A DNA stretch of 64,000 nt, taken from the human T2T-CHM13v2.0 reference genome, Homo sapiens. Of this stretch, positions 12,907 through 24,090 are shown piece by piece (within the stretch, counting starts at the first letter, position 1; each line of letters begins with the position of its first letter). The stretch is from the NCBI RefSeq assembly GCF_009914755.1, contig NC_060942.1, one strand, 5' to 3'. Position numbers and translations under genes: made by a program. The notes below the pieces were generated by a model. It was not told the origin of the DNA. It ran no database searches and saw nothing but the letters and a program-made list of their open reading frames with translations.

Positions 12907-14210
12907 TTTGGTTGGTGCAAACATAATTGCAGTTTTGAACTGTGAATTTTAAATCATTATAACTAGGCACAAATACATCTTTATTAATCAAAATAGGAAC
13001 CATTACAATCAACACATTTTTGCCAAAGAAAGAAAATAAGTTTGTTTATTTCCATGGCATAAAAAAAAAAATACGTGCTTCAGGATTCGATGAACTCTTG
13101 GAAAGCATTTTCTGCCTCCTACTAGTTGTGGAAGCTTTTTCCTTGCAAAAAGTTGGCGAGATGCTTGAAGAAGTGGCAGAGAGTTGGGAGGTCAGTTGGT
13201 GAGAGGTCAGGTGAATAAAGTGGACGAGGCAAAAATTTGTAGCCCAATTTGTTCGACTTTTGACGCATTGGTTGTGCTACATGCGGTCACGTGTAGTTGT
13301 GGGGAATAATTGGGCTTTTTCTGTGGACCAGTGTCGGCTGCAGGCATTGCAGTTTTCAGGACATCTCATCGATTTGCTGAGCATACGTCTCAGATGTAAT
13401 AGTTTCATTAGGATTCAGAAAGCTGTAGTAAATTAGGCTGGCAGCAGAGCACCCAACAATGACGATGACCTTTTATTTGGTGCAAGTTTGGCTTTGGGAA
13501 GTGCTTTGGAGCTTCTTCTGGATCCAGTTATTCAGCTGGTCATCACTGGATGTCCTATAAAATCTACATTTCGTCGCACATCACAATCCAATAGGAAAGT
13601 GTTTCATTGTTGTTGCATAGAATAAGAGAAGATGACACTTCAAAATGACTTTTTTATTTTATTTTGGCTCAGCTCATGGGGCATCCCACTTATCTAGCGT
13701 TCTCACCTTCCCAATTTGCTTCAAAGGCCGAATGACTGTGGAATGGTCAACAATGAGTTCTGCAACTTCTTGTGGTGTTGTGAGAGGATCAGCTTCAATG
13801 ATTGCTCTCGGTTGTTGTCAACTTCCTGTGACCGACCACTATGCTCCTCGTCTTCAAGGGTCTCATCTCTTTTGCAAAACTTCTCGAACCGCCCCCGCAC
13901 TGTACCTTCATTAACAGTCCCTGGGCCAAATGTGTTGTTCATATTGCGAATTGTCTCCACTGCTTTATGACCCATTTTGAACTCGAATGAGAAAATCGCT
14001 CAAGTTTGCTTTTTGTCTAACATCATTTCCATAGTCTAAAATAAACATAAAATAAACAGCAAGTAATAAGTCATTACCAAATGAACATAAAGTGAGAAAT
14101 GCCCATTAAAATGATGTATAACATAATCACATTTCTTTAAGAATATATTCCAATATCAAACAGCAAATGCCAACAACACAAAAATCACAATTACATTTGT
14201 GCCAACCTAA
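12907..14210 (-). mobile_element. Full-length Hsmar1 mariner DNA transposon
   Basis: About 1.3 kb with 30-bp TIRs: left tttggttggtgcaaacataattgcagtttt, right (revcomp) ttaggttggcacaaatgtaattgtgatttt. TA TSDs at 12905-12906 and 14211-14212. Confidence 0.95.
12984..14032 (-). pseudogene. Hsmar1 transposase pseudogene
   Basis: Starts MEMMLDKKQT* at 14032. ORF 13721-13975 (MGHKAVETIRNMNNTFGPGTVNEGTV...LEDEEHSGR) matches the Hsmar1/SETMAR HTH region. Ends ...GSYFD* at 12984. Contains stops and frameshifts. Confidence 0.93.
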
Positions 14211-15524
14211 TACTACTTGAGTTAAATCTACATCCTCTCCAATCAGGATTACTGTGATAGCCTCTGTAAAATTATCCTTGCTCTTTGCATTTCCCCTATA
14301 CTCCTCCATCCACAGGGTAAGCAGGGGTATCTTATCCCAATGTGTATCATGTCCCTCATTTCTTCCATGTCTTTGCTTAATGTTTGCCTGCTAAGTGACA
14401 GTATTTATTTTTTCTGATCCAATTACTGAAATTGCTCAAAATTTTCTTCCCTTTTTTTCATATATATAGAAATAAACATATTTGTTTTCTTATTTTTTTT
14501 TCTATTTTTTGTTCATTACTGCATTCAACACACTAGCTAGCATAGGACCACACTAAATTTAAGCACTCAACATTCACACACTCAGAAACATAATCACCTT
14601 TATTTCAACCTTAATTGAAACAGTGGTATTCATCAAATTGGCTAAGATCACTCATGTTGCTTCCTTTACCGCCAATACAGCATTTTCAATTTTCATGCTC
14701 CACATCAGGGAAAATAATTTTCTTATTTAAAGCAATAAAACAAAACTCAGCCTTCAGATAAATGCTAGATGTTGGTCCTGGTCAAAAATGACTCACTTAT
14801 TCTGTTCCATCAAACTTCCCAGCCTGTCTCCTAATCCTTCCTTATTTTTCATTTTCTCAACTGTGGACCATAACCTTCTAATCTGGGACTGTTGTATGTG
14901 GAGCCATTCCACATAATCCTCCCCTCTACTATGACCGGTGGGTTAAGCTAGAAAAGAGAGTGTACATAAGAAACGACTGAGAACTGAAGAATTTGTCCAG
15001 GTGATTTTCTTTTGTAGATTTATTTTAATGGGCACTGTGAACAAATATTGTTAATTTTTCTTTTACCGACTGACCGCTAAAAAGTTCATGGCCAAGTTTG
15101 TTAATGTCCTATGCCAAAATAAAGTCTCATATGAAAGGTCATCTATTTTTTTTCTATATACTTGTTACTTTAAAAAGCACAATATTGGCTTTTATGATTT
15201 ATCTTTTGGACCATTTTAAGTCATGCTCAACCTTTGGTGAGTGTATAAAAAATATGGAGGCAAGCATCTAGATGATGATAATGGGCACTTTTTTCACCTT
15301 GTCTTTTTGGACACAGAAAGGCATGAGCTGAGAGTCAGTTTTATTACCTCTTTTTAAGTTAAAAAATGCACTATATATCTGTATTTTATACTTTAAATTG
15401 TAACTCGTATTAAGAGTAATCAGTAACTAATTGAGAATATACAACAAATAATAACAAAGAACCAGTTTGAAACAGTTTGCCTTGAAAAAGCTTAATAGCT
15501 GAATAGTAAAACTACTCAAATATA

Positions 15525-15685
15525 CTATATCTCATCCTCCTAACAATCATAAAAGTGAGATAATTTAATTCCAGGTTGGGTGAGAGATAATAGACATGCT
15601 GCTAGATACAATAGCTTGTCAAAGATCAAATAGCTAACGAATAAAGGAAACGTACTTAAAACCTGATTTTATTTCAATGAAGTGT
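15525..15685 (-). mobile_element. MIR fragment
   Basis: atcctcctaacaatc...agcttgtcaaagatcaaatagcta...cttaaaacctg is a degenerate MIR core. Confidence 0.5.
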
Positions 15686-17097
15686 GTGTGAGAGAGAAGA
15701 CTCTACCTCACTCAAATTCTTAAATAGGTAAAGTAGTCCCGGAACAAAGAATTATGTTTTTCTTGGTTTATCAGTTTCATCTTTTTAAAAACTTTTTTTT
15801 GTCAGAATGAATATATAGCTTCTTGAACACGGGGAATGCTGAAATGCTCCCTTAAAGCAACACATTAAATTAAGCACTAAGATTGATTTTCTTATTGTCT
15901 TCTTCCCCATTGGCCATACTTTAGTCCTTCAGAAGTTCCTCTGTTTTCTGGAGCGATAGAAATATACTCTGTGGTAACTGGAATGATAGTTAAAGCTTTC
16001 AAGTTGAAGAGAAATTATCTTGATCTTAAACTTTGCAGCAGATTATTAACTAAATTTAAAGAGAAAAAGGAAGGAAAAAAGACTAATATTTATCTTATAT
16101 CTTTAGCCAATAATACTGTTCTGTTGTTTCAGAACAGCCCAGTCTATTTTTTCTTTTTTTTCTGAACCTTGGGGATTTTCTTATTTTACCACCATTTCCA
16201 AGAATTGAAAAAGGCAAAAAAACTATGTAATATCTCACAATTTGCAAACCAGTGGTTGAACAGGGTTTGCAGGGAGGGTGTGTATAACCACTTCTTTCAT
16301 CTTCTCAGTGGAAAAAATGCGTATGTTCATAAACACATACTTTGCCTATGGTTTCAGAGGATTCAGAAACTATTTAAAAATTAATATTAAGGAATTATAA
16401 AATATAAGGAGGAATTTAAATTTTATGCAGAAGAACCAATATTGAGTCCAAAGGAGGCTGACTCCAAAGCGCAAACTTTTAAAACGTACGACAGAGAGGT
16501 GAGAAGTAGCTTTCTCTGATAATGTGTAATTGCTATTTTTTGATACCACATTTTAAATTAATTAAAATGAATTTGCTCACTGGCCATCTTGAAAATAAGA
16601 AAAATACTTGCCTATTTGTATATACTTGTAACCATTAGCAATAATGTGACCTGTTCTTATACGTGAATGTAAGTATAATAGCTTAAGACAACTCTATAAA
16701 CAAGACTGTACTTTTGAGAACTAAATCTTTAAAAAATTAATCGCCCATCTAGTTTTAAAGACTTTTCTCTTACATCAAAAGGTCACCTATTTAGCTTACG
16801 AATCAACCGAAGTTCAACATTTAGCCTAGGCTGATTGTGTCCGGCCATTGCCACGTTTTTTGTGGCTAAACAGTTACAGCCATGTGGTGGCTCATGCTTC
16901 AGCAGTTTTGTGGAACACTGTGGTTGTCTGGGGTCCAAACTAGTGTGTTATATATAACTAGGCCAGAAGGCAAAATGCAGCAGAGTTCTGAGTGCAAAAG
17001 TAAGGGATGTAAGGATATGATTTCGTCCATCTGTACAGGGAGATTAAATAAGGACACACAGCAAGTGCCCCTATAGGAACAAAATGGGCCCACCTCC

Positions 17098-18165
17098 TGT
17101 GGCCGACACTGCTGGTGATCACACAATATCAGCTATTTTCTTCGTTTATAATAATAGGAGTTCAATTTTATCAGAGAAAAATAAACCAGCACAACATGGA
17201 ATTACAATATCATCTAGCAATTCCATTCCTGGGCATATACCTCAAAGAATTGAAAGTGTATGTTCAAACAAGTCCTTGTACATAAATGCTAATAGCAGCA
17301 ATATATTCACAGTAGCGAAAAAAGGAAAACAACTCAAATATTTGTCAAGAAATGAATGGATAAGCAAAATATTGTGTATCCATACAATGTAATATTATTC
17401 ACCCATGAAACAGGAGTGAACTACTGATACATGGAAAAATCTCTGAAGTATTATGTTAAGTGAAAGAAATAACATAAATAATAGATGATGCATTGTATGA
17501 TTCCATTTATATGAAATATTTAGGATAGGTAAATCTATGGAGACAAAAAGCAGATTAGGGGTTTACGGGGACTGGGGACAGGGAGGAATAGAAGGAAACT
17601 TCTTAATAGGTATGATGATGAAAATATTCTAGAATAACATAGAAGTAAGCATTGTATAACATTATGAATGTGCTAAATGCCACTGAATTGTACACTATTA
17701 AAAGTTTAATTTTATTCTTTATGAACTTTACCTTAAGTCAAAAAGAAAGCATTCTGGAAAATGAAGGTTATCTCAAGGGTCAGGGGAAAAAATATCCCAA
17801 CTAAAACACCATAATTCCAGTTTTCTGCAACTATATGTGACTACCTGATTAAGCTGTCGATATTAAAATGTCAGTGGAAATATGCGGGATTTCAAAGAAA
17901 ACATTTAAAAGAGGATAACTCTGCAGTTTGATGTATTTTGCTGCTTTCCCTTTACTTTTTTTTTTTACCTTACCTGCAAAACAGTTACAATCTGGAGTGT
18001 CAGCAACTGTTTGGAACATGAGATAACCTTGAGATTGAAAGCATTGTGAAAGCCTCTATTTCATAATACCCAGCCTGTGAGAGAAAAACAAATTTCTATT
18101 CTGTTTAAGACAGTGTATATCTTTTTTCTTTTCTTGTTATATGCAGCATGTCATAATTCCAAGGA
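17098..18165 (+). mobile_element. MLT1J-like LTR split by L1MB
   Basis: Start tgtggccgacactgctggtg; later catgagataaccttgagattgaaagc and gagagaaaaacaaatttctattctgtttaagacagtg. Confidence 0.6.
17190..17748 (+). mobile_element. L1MB 3' end
   Basis: ctagcaattccattcctgggcatatacc, gaatggataagcaaaat, tgtatgattccatttatatgaaat, gctaaatgccactgaattgtacact. Confidence 0.85.
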
Positions 18166-19078
18166 AATGTGTAATTCCTGTAACAAGAAAGTTTTCCCAC
18201 CTGGAAGAATGTCCAGAATAAAGTTCTTTTATGAGTATATTTTGTGTCATGATCTGAGTTTGCAACTAAGGGCAAATTCAAGTGGCTGTTACTGAAGGCA
18301 ACACGAGCCATGTGACAAAAGGAACTTTGGTGCCTCTTAAAAAAAACCACATAAAGGAAAGTAATAATTAGAAATGCCACTAAATAATGGTGCTTAAGCC
18401 ATCAGCTCTAATATGTACTTTTGAAAGTACAGGACATTTCAGAATGTATTTATTGTTCAGAACTTTACTATAAACTTTGCCGAGTATACTGAACGATTTC
18501 ATTGAAACAATGAAAATTTGCTTTTAAATATAATACGAATAAGAGGGTTTAATTTTAAATATGACAAGAATTTAACACAACGTGTTACTAAAATCTTGGG
18601 ACGAAAAATAATAATACTTTGAAATAAAGTGAGACAAAATTACTGATAGAGGTGAGCATATACTGCTTCAATTGAAGCACTTCATCTTGATTAAATGTTC
18701 CATACCCTTTGGCAGAGTGTCTGAGGTGGGATTTTTCATATAATTTGATATGGGGGAATTAATTACAATGTTATGATGCTGGATACTTTTTATCTTGCAG
18801 TGCTAATCTACATTAGTAAAGGAATATGTGCAAAAAAGAAAACGAGATGAACAAAGATAGTGTAGACCCTAAATTGGCTCTTTCTAAGGTATAATAAAAA
18901 TATTTTTTGAAAAGCACTTGTTAACAATGGAAATATTTTGGATATAAAGGACATTTCCAAAACTTAAATATTTAATATATCATATGTCATAGGGTCTATT
19001 TGATTTATCATAATATTTTCAGGACTGAAATATGTAATATTTCTTTGCTTAAGTGTAAAGTTAAAGAGTATTTGAAGT

Positions 19079-19362
19079 GGCGGGGTGTGGTGGCTCACGC
19101 CTGTAATCCCAGCACTTTGGGAGGCCGAGGCGGGTGGATCACGAGGTCAGGAGATCGAGACCATCCCGGCTAACACAATGAAATCCTGTCTCTACTGAAA
19201 ATACAAAAATTAGCTGGGCGTGGTGGCGGGCGCCTGTAGTTCCAGCTACTCGGGAGGCTGAGGCAGGAGCGTGAACCCGGGAGGCGGAGCCTGCAGTGAG
19301 CCGAGATGGCGCCACTGCACTCCAGCCTGGGCGACAGAGCGAGACTCCGTCTCAGAAAAAAA
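19079..19362 (+). mobile_element. AluY
   Basis: CpG-rich; gatcacgaggtcaggagatcgagaccatcccggctaac. TSD aaagagta(t/a)ttgaagt at 19063-19078 and 19363-19378. Confidence 0.97.
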
Positions 19363-19444
19363 AAAGAGTAATTGAAGTTAGAATATTAAGTCCCCAAATT
19401 GAGGCTTTTTTCAGAGATAGTTTAGAATGGAAAATACAAAATGC

Positions 19445-19566
19445 AACAAACATTTGCATAATGCATTTACCAGGAGCGAGAAACCACCACTCTAATCTTC
19501 ATATTTTTATGCTTATTACTTCAATTTTTCCACATGAGGAAACAGAAGCATGGAGAATGTAAGTAA
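19445..19566 (-). mobile_element. MIR fragment
   Basis: tttttccacatgaggaaacagaagcatggagaatgtaagtaa (MIR core). Confidence 0.55.
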
Positions 19567-19807
19567 ATAAAAATGGTATTATGTAACGTAGGCCTTGTCA
19601 AATATGTAGATATAGAAAATATAGATGTTTGACAATATGCATAATGATGAACCTACTACACAAACATATATGTGTATTTGCTCTAATATAAGGCAAACCC
19701 CAAATTAAATGCAATATCCCATTTTTCTTTGAGATTTACAAGCCATTCAGCATCCTATATTATAATAAATTTGAGATATGTACATGACTCATCAAATATC
19801 TACTTAT

Positions 19808-19985
19808 ATTACTTCATGCACATATTTTAAAAATAGCATATATAAATTATTTTAATGTATTTAAATATTGAAATTAAATATCAGCTTAATTACTTCATGT
19901 ACACATTTTTAAATAGCATATATAATTATTTAAAATATTTGAATATTTAAATTAAATATAATATCATTTTAAAATAGCATATATA
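19808..19985. repeat. AT-rich tandem duplication, about 80-bp unit x 2.3
   Basis: ttacttcatg(c/t)aca...attttaaa(a)atagcatatata...aaattaaatat occurs twice, plus a partial third copy. Confidence 0.8.
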
Positions 19986-20498
19986 TAGAAACATGACTTC
20001 TTTCTTCTCTTGTATTTTTATAAATATGTATTTAAGCCCTTCACATGTATCTTCAAAATCAACCTAGCAGTCAATGCCAGAGGCACCTTTTATGTCATCG
20101 AACTTAGTTTATCAGAGCTCAATAACATCCCTTCTGTCTAACTTGTTTAAATGTTGGAACTTTTAGAGCTGTATATGATATGCCACCAAACACTTTGTCA
20201 ACCTTCCAGCACTCAATCGTAAGATACCAGGGCAATTTATATTTAAATTTAACTTGTGGAATATATTTAGAGTATATGTAACAGGGATATTTACTGCACT
20301 GTTGTGTGTGTGCAGGTATGAACTAGAAAAACTGATGTAATGATCTGTAACACTTGCCAAATGGGAAACAATTACCTGGGGATAATTTGAAATCCAAATC
20401 TGTTTAATAACTTTAATATATTTTCCTCTTTGTTTATCTTTTCTACCAGGTAGCTTCTATAAGTACACCAAACATTGTTTTATTCTTTTGTCGTCTGT

Positions 20499-21590
20499 GT
20501 TTTTTATTGTGAATGGACAATTTGTAATCGTATAGATTTATGGGTTCTGTGAAGAAGGAGTACTCTGGCTAAAAAAAATTATGGATTAAAAAATGATATT
20601 ATAATCTATGAATGCAATGTGAAATAATTAAATCAAGCTAGTTAACCATAGCCATCACCTGAAATACTTAACATTTTTTGTGGTGAGAACATCTGAAATG
20701 TACTTAGCAATTTTGAAATGTGCAATACTCTATTAACTCTATTCACCATGCTGTGCTATAGAACTCATAAAAAGAAAAAACATATTCTTCCTGTTTGAAA
20801 TGTTATACCCTTTGACCATCACATCCCCATTTCTCCCATCCCCCAGCTTCTGTCACCAACATTCTACTCTCTGCTTGTATAAGTTATTGTTTCATGTTCC
20901 ATACATAAGTGAGAACATGCGGTATTTTGTCTTTCTGAGCCTGACTTATGTCCCAGCGTAATGTCTCCAATTCCATCTATGTTGTCACAAATGTCAAAAT
21001 TTCCTTCTTTTTAAAGGCTGCAGAGTACTCCATTGTGTATATGCACTACATTTTTTTATCCATTCATCTGTTAATGGGCACTGAGATTGATACTTTTATA
21101 AATAGGGTAAATATTAAAAATTAAATATTGTAAATAGTTCTATTCAACTGAGGTTGAGGCTATTGTAAATAGTGCTGCAATAAACATAGGATTGCAGCTA
21201 TCCCTTCAGCAAACTCCCTTCAAGTCTTTTGCATTAATACTCATTAGTGGAATTTCTGGATTATATGATAATTCTATTTTTAGTTTGTTGGGAAATCTCT
21301 ATACTGTTTTCCATAATGACTGCACAAACTTATTTGTTTGTGCACATTTGTATACTATTTCCACCAATAGTATACAAGTGTTCCCTTTTCTCTATATCCT
21401 TGCCAACACTTATCTTTTTTTGATATAAAACGTTCCTTTTTGAAATGAAGTATGAGATAAAAATATAATAGTAAACATTTTAGAAGACATTCTGACAGGT
21501 GAGAGATGGTATCTCACTGTGGTTTGAATTTGCATTTCTCTAATGATTATTAATGAGCATTTACCCATATGTGATGGCCATTTGGCACTA
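20499..21590 (-). mobile_element. L1MA (MA5-8-like) 3' region
   Basis: ttaaatcaagctagttaac...gtggtgagaacatctgaaat...ataagtgagaacatgcggtatt...tctcactgtggtttgaatttgcatttctctaatgat. Confidence 0.85.
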
Positions 21591-21644
21591 TATATATCTG
21601 TTGGTATCTTTATGTATCTATATAGATATATAGACATGTATGTT

Positions 21645-22225
21645 TAAGTTTAAAATGTACCATTTTATCCATTTTTAAGTGTACACTTCTGTGGCATTAA
21701 GTACGTTCATACTGATGTGAAATCATCACCATCATCCATCTCCAAAATTTTTTCATCTTCCCTAACTGAATCTCTGTACTCATTAAACAATCATTCCCAT
21801 TCTCCTCTCCATGCAGTCCCTGGCAACAACAATTCTACTTTCTGTCTCTACTAATTTGACTACTTTGGGAATCTCTTAAAAAAGGAATTATACATTTTTA
21901 TGTGTGTTGGGGAGAGGCCTGGCTTATTTCACTGCTTACCTTATGACAGGTTTTTTGACAAAAAATTGACAATTTTTTAAGGCTAAATAATGTTCCATTT
22001 TATGTATATATATACTACATTTTGTTTATACATTAATTTATTGATAGATAATGGTGCTGCTTCCACCTTTTGGCTATAGTGAATAATACTGCTATAAATA
22101 TGGGTATACAATTTTCTGTTTAAGTCCCTACTTTCAATTCTTTTGGGTTATACCCCTGAGTGAAATTACTGAGGATCATGTAGAAATTCTAAGTTTAATA
22201 TTTTGAGTAATTGCATGCCATTTCA
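21645..22225 (-). mobile_element. L1MB 3' end
   Basis: ccatttttaagtgtacacttctgtggcattaagtac...ccctggcaacaacaattctactttctgtctct...ttccaccttttggctat. Confidence 0.85.
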
Positions 22226-23799
22226 AACCGTTTTGGATTGAGGACTAACGACTTCATGCAGAAGAGGTTTGCCCCAAATCTGCTTTATTATTCAAAGTAA
22301 TGCTGGTGAAAGGGTGGTATAAAACCTGCAATGACTAATTCACAAAATTACTTTTTTAGGAGGGTAAGATTGAGAAAAAGAAAAAAAATCCATTTTATAT
22401 TCATTCCTACAAAGCAGTCAGCCTTGTTTCAAATTAGAGACACAGGGAAATACACCTGGAATTGACTTGCATTTGCTATTATTTAATGTATATCGTAACC
22501 TCATACGAAATTTACATTTCCCTCCTTTGTTCTTTGTAGTACACATTTTTATTAGAGCAGGTTTAAAAAATGCTTTGAAAAATGGCAGATAACAAGCCGG
22601 CTGGAGTATAATCTCTGTTTGTGCCCTCCACTATGTGGATTTCATTAAATAAGTATGACATATTTTATTTTAAGAACACTGAATCGCTTTGCTTATCAAG
22701 ATATATCAGCACAAATTGGTTATGCTATTTGATTGCTTTGAAAAAGTACCTACTTAGCATACAGCTATGTAATAAACATTGTTTGAGGTCATGTGTAGTT
22801 TTCTATTAATATTTCATTATAAAGAACACAATAGCTTCTTTATAGCTGAGTTTTGTTAACTTTATTTTTCTATGCAAAAAAAAATCATTGAAAGTTAAAT
22901 TTGTTTTATTCTGGAAAGTTTTTCGCCTCAATCTATGCAAGAAATTTAAAAGAGAGAATGTAATTATTCTTTGATACTTTTTTCAATTTCTTCGATGGTT
23001 TTTGAATTCACAATTTAAATTCTTCACATTTTAAATTCTTCAACCACAAATTTGTCAATCTTGCTTTGCAATTTTGCTGACGTTTTCTAATTTACTTCTT
23101 TAGAAAAATTTAAGCCATTGTCTCTTTCATTCTCCATGTTTGTTGATACATCTGCTTTCTTCTTCCTTCTTTTAGATATTGGCATTTTTTTCTTGCTTAA
23201 ATATATCTGTTGTAGATCTGTTGAGTATTTTTCTTTTAATCTAACTCTTTGATGTATTCTAATTTATATTTTTTCTGTTTCGAAAAGTATTCTGATTTTA
23301 TGGTAATTGTTTTCTTCTAATTTTCCATTAATTTGCTTTTATTATGGCATTACATATCTTTCTTACACATGAATGATGAAAATAATTAAAACATCCATGT
23401 GGTAGATTTTATTACTGTTTAGCAATACCCATTTTTCTTTCTTGGTGATGCTTATACTATTCTACCCCTTACAGTAAGACTAGGCTCTGGGATTTAAGGG
23501 GTATGATTTCCCCTGCCCTCTCTTTTCTTTGTGTTGTATGCCAGAAATATGCTTGCATTAGCCTGATAACAGAATAGATTAGTCCCCAAAATATTATGTG
23601 GGGGAAAATCCCCAGTCAACCAGTGAGACACAAATAATGTGTTTAAAAATGAATAGTTGTTGTCTTAGCATATTACAATTTGGCATTGTTACTAGTGTAT
23701 CCTGACTGAACAGTCTCTTTCATCATAATTGGGCTAAAGGGAAACAAAATTATATTATTCAAGAAATACATCAATAAACATAGGAGTATTGCATTTCAA

Positions 23800-24090
23800 A
23801 ACTCATGGAACCCCAAATCTATCACCCAGTCTAATCAGGAGAAAAACATCAGGCAAATTTCAATACAGACACATCCTACAATATACTGGCTCAAAATTGT
23901 CAAGATTATTAAAAACAAGGAAAGTCTTAGAAAAGATCATGGTCGACATGCACCTAGGAAGACAAAAATGACTAAATGTAATGCAATATCATGGATGGGA
24001 TCCTGGATCAGAAAACAAAAAGCAAAAACAAAACCATTAGGTAAAAATGAAGAAAATGTGAATGAACTATGGGCATTATTTAATATTTTT
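23800..24090 (+). mobile_element. L1MC3/L1MD-like 3' UTR fragment
   Basis: cccagtctaatcaggagaaaaacatcaggcaaat...aaaaacaaggaaagtct...actaaatgtaatg...gatgggatcctgga. Confidence 0.75.

Larger units (their letters stand above)
11935..14575 (+). mobile_element. L2 ORF2 3' portion, interrupted by an Alu and Hsmar1
   Basis: ORF 11869-12261 contains HSTETVLIK and GIPQDSFLGPLL (L2 RT: HSTETALxKV, GVPQGSVLGPLL). L2-like sequence continues at 12750-12900 and 14215-14575. Confidence 0.75.
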
